From Podarcis muralis (Eukaryota), in NCBI RefSeq assembly GCF_964188315.1, contig NC_135658.1, positions 62,496,001 through 62,560,000 on the forward strand: a DNA stretch of 64,000 nt. The letters run 5' to 3'. A program made the translations under genes and the position numbers. Position 1 is the stretch's first letter; every line of letters begins with the position of its first letter. The notes under the pieces are model-generated. The model did not search any database. It was not told the DNA's origin and was given only the letters and a program-made list of their open reading frames with translations. Shown here one piece after another: positions 13,582 to 23,118 of the stretch.

Positions 13582-13609
13582 CAGTGGTGCCTCGCAAGAT
13601 GAAATTAAT
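13582..13609 (+). mobile_element. Isolated left TIR of a pogo/Tigger-like MITE (left end of a composite element)
   Basis: CAGTGGTGCCTCGCAAGATGAAATTAAT matches 14037-14064 at 27/28; preceded by TA at 13580-13581. Confidence 0.85.
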
Positions 13610-13613
13610 ATGG

Positions 13614-13806
13614 ACCACCATATTCAATTGATCTAGGAAGACAAACTTATTAGAAACCATAAGTTCTGAACAAAAAGAGAACAATTCATTCTCTTTCTTT
13701 TGTTAACCCATCCATGATAAAAGAATGGAATACTTCTACTTCCACATAGGGATTTTGAATACAGCAATCCTTTGATAAACAACTTAGCCCTCTGCATTTA
13801 CCAACT
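13614..13806 (+). repeat. 193-bp dispersed duplication of 20091-20283
   Basis: Line-by-line comparison shows no mismatch; constant offset 6477. Confidence 0.95.
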
Positions 13807-14352
13807 GGCAGCATGGGGAGTTATTACAGTGCCAACATATGAATAAGAAACTGTTCACTGTTTTTGTGTCCTGCACTTCAAGCTAAACAATAAATCATTG
13901 CTCTAGCAGCATGGTAAGCTGCCCCTTAGGTGCAGCCTAATCTAAAGCATGTATTTTTTCCAGGTATGCAACTTTTGAATTTTTATGAGGCAAATGTGAG
14001 AATATTATGATGTGAACAATATCTGGTATGAAAATACAGTGGTGCCTCGCAAGACGAAATTAATTCGTTCCGCGAGTTTTTTCGTCTTGCCATTTTTTTC
14101 GTCTTGCGAAGCACGGTGTTGGAAAAGTTTTGGAAAAGCTTCAAAAATCACCAAAGTCTTCAAAAACCTCAAAAAAGGCTACCACACCGCGTGCTATGAG
14201 TTGCTCCTCGAAGTCAAGTCGCAACTGTATTAACGGTGTTAAGAAAAAGGAAACAAACTTGCAAGACATTTCCGTCTTGCGAAGCAAGCCCATAGGGAAA
14301 ATCGTCTTGCGAAGCAGCTCAAAAAACAAAAAACCCTTTCGTCTAGCGAGTT
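13801..14352 (+). repeat. 552-bp dispersed duplication of 52454-53005 (unique flank plus MITE)
   Basis: Colinear, constant offset 38653, about 15 substitutions, many at CpG. Confidence 0.95.
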
Positions 14353-14391
14353 TTTTGTCTTGCGAGGCATTCGTCTTGCGAGGTACCATTG
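14037..14391 (+). mobile_element. pogo/Tigger-like MITE, TCGCAAGACG subfamily
   Basis: TIRs CAGTGGTGCCTCGCAAGACGAA / TTCGTCTTGCGAGGTACCATTG (20/22), TA on both sides, internal CGTCTTGCGA repeats. Confidence 0.92.
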
Positions 14392-17220
14392 TATATAACA
14401 GATAGTAATGTAACAGATACCATGCAGTGATGAAAAAAAACCTTGTTGCTCTGCACATGTGTATTTGGTTTGGTGATGTTATAGAATCATTCACCTATTG
14501 TCATGTATTGATCGGAGCCTTCCATGCACACATAAGTTGGGGGTATTTGTAATGCAGTGTTATGGCACAGATGATATGGAAATATCTCTTGGTGCTGCTG
14601 CCCCTGGGACAATGTTGTGCTATTCATTCTGCAACTAGCTGAGCAGAGGGTTGCAAATATTTTACGCCAGCATTAATCCTGCCATAGCAGCAACCATGCA
14701 TGCATGGACTATAAGATTCTATGTTAAATTTTAGGCTTTCCCCATTTTACTATCTTCTACTGTTGATTTTTCCCTACAGTGAATAGTGTTACCGCACTCA
14801 TAAAACTGAATTATCTGAAAGCTTCTTGGCATAAGACAAATATTTGGATGTAAGAAAAAGATACTAACAATGAAATAGTTCAGATGTCACCCCTCCTCCC
14901 AGATTATTCAGGTGAACAGAAATGTCACCAAAGGATTTTCTTTTTATGTGTATGAAGAATGCTTTTCTAAGGCATAAATCTCATATATTGACATCAGCTG
15001 CAATTTTTCAAGTTTCTGTCTAATTTATCTTGTGCTGATTATACATCCCTCTGGTAGAGTAAATAACAACCATTAAATTGTTCTACAATATAATGGCATT
15101 GCTATGTCCTCAGTGCAAATCCGTAATACCTTCAAGCATGTAGATTTGATGGATCTTGCTGAGAAGTTAGTCCAGTGCCCATACATATCTATGGTAACAA
15201 TGGTAACGTTTATCAAGCAAGCAGATTCAAAATTAGAATTGCGTGTCGAGATTCCAAAACCACCCCCTCGTTGATGAATAAGACACAAGGAGACAGATAT
15301 TAGGTTAATGTTACTGGGCAGAAGAGATTATCTTCTATTGAGGCAGTGTAAGATAAAATAAAATGAGGGAAGGGGGGGGTAGTGTGTTTCTTTCCTCAAG
15401 ACCACTTGCATTTCCAGACAGCTCCTTATAACACATTATCATTGAAACCATTTCAATTGCTGAGTGGTCTAAGTATGGATGCCAAAGGCACACATCTCTT
15501 GCTGTTCAACACAAATGTGTGACATGGAGGTGGAGGCATTCTCTTCATGCTGGACCTAAATCATTTCAGCTTTTACACAGGACTTCATTTGTGTGATACT
15601 GCAAGTAAGTAAATGAAAACTTGCATTCTCTCTGCCCAGGTTAGTATCTTACAAAGGCACAATTTTACACGGGATGGCAAGTGCCCACCATGTAAAAATG
15701 AAGTTTTCTGTTACATCAGAACTATAGTCCAGCAACATCTGGAGGACCAGAGGTTCCCCACACCTAGTACACACCTTGAACCAGAATTTTGTTCCTGACC
15801 CCCCGCCCCCCAAGCCGCTGTGTGCTCCTGCTGTTAGACAGATTTGTACAACAACCTGAATCCCTTATGTAGCATTAAACTAAAGACAACAGGGCTGCTT
15901 GATGCTGAATATTCCATGTATGCTGCTTACTCTTGGAACACAACACTGAGATTGAAGACAGCACAGCAGGACTGACAGAAGATTAAAGGAAGTACAAAGA
16001 TGTTAAACCAGCTGAATATTCAGTCTGTTTAAACTATGCTTTTGTATCAATTTTGCAGAGGCCATATAGGCATTTCTGTTTCTCCTCCCTTCTCTCAAAT
16101 GAATCAAGAAACCATTCATATACCCTTTTATTCATAGGCCTCAGTGAGTGAAATGTAGCACAAAGCACAGCCTTAAGTCTTTGCACTCTGTGTTTGCTAT
16201 TGATCATTAAGAGAGAGAGAGAGATCTTACATACCCACCGCAGTGTGATTAGTTTGTACTTCTCTGACTTTATTGATCATGTGTCAGTAGAAATTTTTAG
16301 TAACAAAGTATGTTCTGACAACACACTTTAAATGAAATAGTTGACGGAAAATCTCTTTTAAAACTCAAATGTCAAAATACAGTTCAAGCATCCAGAAGAC
16401 ACATGTGCTAAAGCAAAAAATGGGAAAAGATAAGCATCTAAATAAGAGGGAAAGGATGCTGGAAACTAAGAGGAAAGTTTCAAAAGGCAAATTTAATCCC
16501 CCCCAAAGTAAAGTGCTGTTCTTTACATTCTTTTCCCCTCTCTCTCCCCACCCCAGAAGCTAGCTACAGTGAAAACTGTTCACCTTTCCTGTGCTACAAG
16601 GTCAGATCTGCTCATTACTTTATGCCTGAGCAGTGAGTGTATGGAACTATTGCAAAGAGAAGGTGAGCTGAGAATATGAAAAGGAAAGTGGAATCGGAAC
16701 AAAACGATAGGGCAGGTGTCTTAATGTTAAATCCAATGTAAATTAAACAGCTACAGGGCAGAGCCAAAATTTCCTCAGAAAATAATTTTCTATCCTTGTT
16801 TTAGAAGTTCTATCCTAGAGATTATTTGGTGAAATGGCCTCCCAAATCCATGAATTTTGGGTGCATCTGTGATATTGTTTGATAGTATTCTAATATTGTT
16901 GAAGGAATCAATGAGCTCATCTGCTTCTGCTTGTCGCTCTCCTCTCTTAGCCACCAGTATTAACTAACAATAGGGATTAATTAAATATGGTGTGGCCCAA
17001 CATTTATTGGAAGAGAGCATTCTCTTCCAACCCAGCCAGAAAATTCCACACACACCCAAATATTGACAAATTGCCCCTCTTAATTTTTGCTCCCCAAATA
17101 GCATGGACAGGTTGGGACAGCCACATTCACACAACCCTGTGGGGCAAATGCTTGGGAAAAACAATAGCTATTTTGATATGAACATGGTACCAAGGTATGC
17201 ACAGAAAGGTGAGGAAAGTA

Positions 17221-17842
17221 CTGTATTTTTCGCCCCATAGGGCACACCGCCCCATAGGACGCACCTAGTTTTTTTTTGGGGGGGGGAATAAAGGAAAAAA
17301 AATTCCCCCCCCCAGGCGCGGGGCTGGCGTGGGGGAAGCCTGAGCTTCCCCCCAAACCCAGCCCCGAGAACAGCCTGCTACCCGCAAGCCTAGGGAGGCC
17401 AGCGGTAAGTCGTACCGGTCTCCCCAGGCTTCGGAATGCAGGCAGCTCTGCGCAGCCATCGGGAGGTGGGCGCGACTTCGTGCCCGGCTCCGGATGGCTG
17501 CGCAGAGCTGCACTCACCCCGGGACAGCAGGCAGCTCTGCGCAGCCATCGGGAGGCGGGCGCGACTTCGCACCCCGCTCCGGATGGCTGCGCAGAGCTGT
17601 GCTCGCCTCGGGACTGCAGGCAGCTCTGCGCAGCCATCGGGAGGCGGGCGCGAAGTGGCGCCGGTCTCCCGAGGGTTGCACAGAGCTTCCTGAAGCCTGG
17701 AGAGTGAGAGGGGTCGGTGCGCACCGACCCCTCTCGCTCTCCAGGCTTCAGCAAAAGCCTGCATTCACCCCATAGGACACACACACATTTCCCCTTCGTT
17801 TTTGGAGGGGGAAAAGTGCGTCCTATAGGGCGAAAAATACGA
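17221..17842. mobile_element. Non-autonomous Tc1/mariner (Tc2/pogo-like) DNA transposon with internal 89-bp tandem hairpin units
   Basis: TIRs CTGTATTTTTCGCCCCATAGG / CCTATAGGGCGAAAAATACGA, TA at 17219-17220 and 17843-17844; units start at 17438, 17527, 17616. Confidence 0.85.
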
Positions 17843-18202
17843 TATTTGTGCAGATGATCTAAACAGTCGGGGGAAGTGGCAACAGAGGGACAGTAAAATA
17901 TAAAACCAAGTTTCTTAGGGAACATGCAGCCTGAAATATATTATAGCTGTTGTGGTGCCAGAAGCATCTACAATCTAGTTTAGTGCCAAAGGGCACAATC
18001 AAAACCCCTGACCCATCACACTGAGAGGTTTGGGTGGAGGTCTCCCTCTGCCCAGTCCAGAACAGCTCTGCTGCTCTCTGCTTTTGGACAGCCTATCCTC
18101 TGGTGGTAGCTCATGCAAAATCCTGAAACAAGATGTTTGAGGGCAGGGAGGGGCTGAGCCATTGTGGGATCTGCTGGATTCCAAGCCAGACCCACTGATG
18201 TC

Positions 18203-18547
18203 ACTTAATGGCATTGGGTCCAGTTTGGTTCGTATCACTAAGCAAGTCCTGGTTTTTGCCTGCCCCAGCCCCAATATGGGTGAATACTGCTCCTTGCTAT
18301 GGTACGAGTGCAAGAAGAAAGCACAGAATCACACCATCCATTGGTTCTAGTTTACACATGGGAGTAATATATGACTTAATGGCATTGGGTCCAGTTTGGT
18401 TCGTATCACTAAGCAAGTCCTGGTTTTTGCCTGCCCCAGCCCCAATATGGGTGAATACTGCTCCTTGCTATGGTACAAGTACAAGAAGAAAGCACAGAAT
18501 CACACCATCCATTGGTTCTAGTTTACACATGGGAGTAATATATGACT
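18203..18547. repeat. Tandem duplication of a 171-bp unit (2 copies)
   Basis: 18203-18373 and 18374-18544 differ at 2 positions; ACT at 18203, 18374 and 18545. Confidence 0.95.
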
Positions 18548-18925
18548 GGATGTTTTGGAAGCATCTTCCATGCTTCAGTCTTTGAACCACATCTTTTTCT
18601 TTGCCAGTGAAATGTGTGATTGGGTATGATATTTGTATCCGGGTAGGATGATAATAACATATATTCTGAAATGCTTCCCTTTCATAGATTACTTGCTAAT
18701 GGCTTCTTCTTATAAACTGTCTGGGTCTGGTTACCATCCTTTGTATGTGCGTAACTGGCCTAAGGCTGTGATCTTTCATATATGCACCTTCTTGGAAGTA
18801 AGCCCCAAGGGAATAACTTTTGATTGCACACTTATAAGATGGTGCAATAAGATTACAGCCCTGTGCACTTTGACTACAATGGCACTTGTATCTCAGAAAG
18901 CGTGTTCTCCTTCATGGAGAGCACG

Positions 18926-19663
18926 TGTTGCGGTGGGGTCTGCCGAGCCACCCCTCTGTTACCAGGCAGGGTCTCTAAAGATGGCCTGGGGCAGCGATTG
19001 GTTCACTGGGTTGCTGGGGTAAAAGTTATGTTGCAGTTTTGGTGGGAGGGGTAAAATGTTTAAATACTCTGCACGCAGCCTGGAGCTTTCTCTTTGCTGC
19101 GTGCAACGGATCACCCGCCCACCCGCCCTTGAGTAAGGGGTTGTTGCATTGACCTTGCTATGCCTGTCATGGGGTCGTCTGCCGTTGGGGCAGGGGCCTG
19201 GTAGGAATTTTGTCCATCTGGCTGATTGGCTGGGCCATTTGGTTTTTGCCTACTGCGTAGCAAATCGTCACAACTTGTAAGGTTGTGGTTAGGCATTGGT
19301 TATAAATTGGTGGAGGAGGGGTTAGGATAGGCTGGGCCTGCCCCTCCATGGTTGCTGCGGAAAGGGAATTCCGTTAAAGGAATCCTGGGGCCGGCAAGCC
19401 TTCGGGGAGCAGGCGGGTGAGAATTGAGGGTCTGCGACTCAGCTCCATTTCTCCCCGACTTGTTTTCCCGCACTGGCTTTCGGTGGTGCTCGGAAGTCAG
19501 TTCTGTCCCCAGGCGGGGGGACAGATAGTCTTAACCAATGCCTAAACAACCACTCACGGTTTTGTATTTAAATAAAGTTGTGGCCAAAATTATGCCAAAA
19601 ACCTTAAACAAAAATTAAGTGTGCGTTGTGAGTTATTTGGGGGGTGGCTTGGGGACCTCGACA
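18926..19663 (+). mobile_element. Solo LTR-like terminal repeat, same architecture as 9610-10371
   Basis: TGT..ACA termini, TTTAAATA at 19059-19066, AATAAAGTTGTGGCCAAA at 19571-19588, GC-richer than flanks. Confidence 0.7.
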
Positions 19664-20090
19664 CGCAAAACACTAATAGGGTAAGGCTGTAAAACACTTT
19701 CGCTTCTCAAGTACTGTTCTTTTTCTTTTCTTGTTCTTCTTTTAACTGGAAAAGGGATAATTCAGACATGTTTCTGTAGCCCTGAGTGCAAACACCATTT
19801 CAAATGCTTGATTCCCACACTACCATGGGTTATGATTTTTATTTTATTCGTAACAGCTTGGGGAAAAAACATGCTTTGAAAATGTGGAAATGTAAAGCAG
19901 AGGCTTTGAAAAGGCCCAACCAGTTATAACAAGAGAGAGAGAGAAATAAATACAATGGAATATAATACTTTACACAGCCATCTCTTTCTAAGCAGCTCAG
20001 CCAAGTTGAACATACATACATATCTTAATTTATATTTATTGTTCAGAAAGCATTATAATTTTATTGCACATAGGAAGTTTAAAAGTGCAA

Positions 20091-20283
20091 ACCACCATAT
20101 TCAATTGATCTAGGAAGACAAACTTATTAGAAACCATAAGTTCTGAACAAAAAGAGAACAATTCATTCTCTTTCTTTTGTTAACCCATCCATGATAAAAG
20201 AATGGAATACTTCTACTTCCACATAGGGATTTTGAATACAGCAATCCTTTGATAAACAACTTAGCCCTCTGCATTTACCAACT
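20091..20283 (+). repeat. Probable donor copy of the 193-bp segment at 13614-13806
   Basis: Exact match; ends in CCAACT (20278-20283); embedded in unique sequence on both sides. Confidence 0.93.
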
Positions 20284-20376
20284 CAGACTCCTTCCAAGAT
20301 ATCTTCCAAGACGCTAACACACTATTCATCCGAAAGCTGTTTTCTTCTATGAAGTGAATTAATAGAGATAAAAACT
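20279..20376 (-). other. Candidate internal exon (98 nt), gene unknown
   Basis: Acceptor TTTTCTCTTTTTTAAAGTCATTTCAG, donor TTG/GTAAAT; one open frame FLSLLIHFIEENSFRMNSVLASWKISWKESEL, no recognised homology. Confidence 0.25.
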
Positions 20377-21082
20377 CTGAAATGACTTTAAAAAAGAGAA
20401 AATGCTTCAGGAGCTGCAGTGAGCCAATTATGTATTCAGAACATATAAAACATAATTCTCACAATTTCCAGTAGTCATATCTACATATTAATAATATTTT
20501 TGATCTTAATAAAAACAACATAAATTTAAGAAGGAACTATAATGGGGGGGAAGATGGTCTTTTCACATCACAATGAACACATTGTCTGGGATGTCTTTCC
20601 ATAAGACATTCTACAATTCAGTTTCATTTGTTTCCCCCACTGACCTCAGAAATTTAAATTACAATTCTCTACGCTTACCTGACAATCCTAGGCCATATCT
20701 GTGTAGCAGAATCAAATTACTACCCACCTGGGAGATAACATTAAAAGAAAAGAGAAAACTTATCCCATGAAAAACCTCTCTGCCACTGGAAAACTAGCAG
20801 GTGATTCAGTCTGGTTCTAGCCTAGCTCTTTCCCTGCTATTTTAGTTTTCTGATTTCGGGGCAGAAGGGGGCAGTGAAAAACAACAACAAACCCTCCCAA
20901 CTTAATAACTTTACTACTTAAATATCCAACCACTATAATTCATATTATTTGCTGGGTGCTTCTGTTTGTGCACAAGAGCTTTTTGCATGAAGGTGTTGCC
21001 CATATTCTCTTCTATGAGTTGGGTAGGACCTCACTTAAACCTGAAGAAAATGATGCACATAGAAGCAACTAGATTTTTTCAG

Positions 21083-21282
21083 AGTCTCCTCCTGTCCGTT
21101 CAGAGCACTGCTTCATTCCTATGATTATTTGCCACACACTGGTGGATCTGGGTACTTCTTAGATGTGCTTCAGAGTGCACATGACAAATTTGACACGATG
21201 TATGGTGCAGCTGCACATATAAATGATAAACCTGACTTCCAATGTCCTTCCTTCTCAAAAGTGGAGGGAGGAGAAAAATTAG
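21083..21282 (+). other. Candidate internal exon (200 nt), gene unknown
   Basis: Acceptor ATTTTTTCAG, donor TAG/GTGAAT; open frame VSSCPFRALLHSYDYLPHTGGSGYFLDVLQSAHDKFDTMYGAAAHINDKPDFQCPSFSKVEGGEKL, no recognised homology. Confidence 0.22.
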
Positions 21283-21746
21283 GTGAATTGTGCATATATG
21301 CACATTCATATACCCATGTCACATGGCTGTATTGTATATGAAGGATACATGATTAGGTGAATTCCAGTTTTAATGCTAAGCTATTTCTTAGACCAATAGG
21401 AATGCTATATTTATTTTACCACCTCCCTTCTTTCCTTGTTATATTATGCGTATAAGCCCACAGAGTGCAATTAAAATGTTTTATTTAAATATGGAGATTT
21501 TGAAAAGGTGCTGCCCTGAAGCCTAATATATAATAATCTGATGTCTCTATTATGGCACAAAATGCAAAAATGGGGGGAAATACAATTTTTAGTTTTAGTC
21601 ATTAGTCTCTGCAGACTTCCACCTCTTCTATACATGAATTCAGGCAATATTGGCTTCATATCTTGTATTAAACTGCAGCATAAGATATTTGGAATCAGTA
21701 GTGTATAGTATGAGGCTCACAAACCTTTAGTGTACCTAACCATGTT

Positions 21747-22003
21747 GAGGACTTGTCCTACCATTAGGCAGACTGAGGCAGCTGCTTCAGGCAGCAAGGG
21801 GGGACAGCGGAAACAGCTGAGTGTACAACATTGCCTACCCTGCTCTCCCTAAGCTAGCCTGCTGCCCTCAGGAGGATGCACTGCTTGTTGTGGCCAAGTA
21901 AGATTTAACAACCAGTCTGGTTTGCTTTTCTACACGGAATGTGGCCAGGCAGACACAATTTTGTCCTTCACCTCAGGCAGCAAAATGTCTTGGAACGCCC
22001 TTG
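21747..22003. mobile_element. Degraded hAT-like MITE
   Basis: Left CCTACCATTAGGCAG..GAGGCAGC, right CCTCAGGCAGCAAAATGTCTTGG..CCCTTG; flanks ACCATGTT / AACATGAT (6/8). Confidence 0.5.
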
Positions 22004-22749
22004 AACATGATTGCTTGAGGAATTCAGGCTGAAATCCTGTCTACACTTCATTAGAGTTAAGTCTGCATTGATGCAGTTCCTACACCATGGAAGGTAAATA
22101 TGACTGTTTGAAGCATTCAGGGAAGGCACAGTGCATGCGGACATGCTCATTCACTTGACAAAAAACGCACACAGAGCTGCAATACATCCAATTTAGTAGG
22201 ACCAACTGAAAGGGAGAGAGATTTTAATTTCTTAAAACTCTTCCTCAGCTTGGATATTGAATTTTAAAAATGTGGGAGAGAAGCAGAAAGAAAATTACTG
22301 CTGATAAAAGGCCATGGAATGTAACTTTAGTCCAACATTATAAACCTGACACAATGGATCTTGGTGGAAGCTCTTTTCACCATGCCTGCGCTTTCACCAG
22401 AAACAGTCCCCTTTCTTCTCTCCCCTCCTCCATTTTTTTGTTCAACATCTAACCTGAGAAGAAGTTATACGAAACTCAAAAGCTACTTCGTTAGATTGCT
22501 AATGCCCTAATAAATTGGATATTTTGCTACAGGCAGTCAAAAATTTGTGAAGCCCATCTCTTCTTTTTAGCGTTTGAGGAAACCAATAATTTGGATAAAT
22601 TCCCAGTATTTTTCATAAGCATTCCAGAGCTATACCAGAATGCTGGGGTTGCTTTAAAACACATTTAGTAAGTGAGCCATGATTGAGGAATGGTTTACTG
22701 TTTAGCCACTATTCCCCTTCTGTGTGTTGCATGTGGAGTAAAAAAAGTA

Positions 22750-23118
22750 AGGTAAAAGGTAAAGGACCCCTGGAGGGTTAAGTCCAGTCAAAGGCGACTA
22801 TGGGGCTGCAGTGCTCAACTCGCTTTCAGGCCGAGGGAGTGGCATTTGTCCACAGACAGCTTTCTGGGTCCTGTGACCAGCATGACTAAACCGCTTCTGG
22901 TGCAACGGAACATTGTGACAGAAACCAGAGTGCACGGAAATGCGATCTACCTTCCTGTCTACCTATTTATCTACTCACACTGGTATGCTTTTGAATTGCT
23001 AGGTTGGCAGGAGCTGGGACAGAGCAATGGGAGCTCACCCCATCACATGGATTCAAACCGCCAACCTTCTGACTGGCAAGCCCAGGAGGCTCAGTGGTTT
23101 AGACCACAGCGCCACCTG
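22750..23118 (-). mobile_element. Sauria SINE (Squam1), older subfamily
   Basis: AAGGTAAAGGACCCC tail, CTGCTAGGTTGGCAGG-type core, GACCACAGCGCCACC head on the reverse strand. Confidence 0.9.

Noticed and set aside
17080-17925. 281-aa minus-strand ORF and overlapping ORFs
   Set aside because: Artefact of the GC-rich tandem array in a non-autonomous transposon; no transposase motifs.
17438-18547. CRISPR-like or prokaryotic repeat arrays
   Set aside because: Eukaryotic DNA; repeats are contiguous tandem units without unique spacers and no cas genes are present.
18208-18585. 125-aa ORF with an internal repeat
   Set aside because: Explained by the 171-bp duplication; non-ATG start and no homology.
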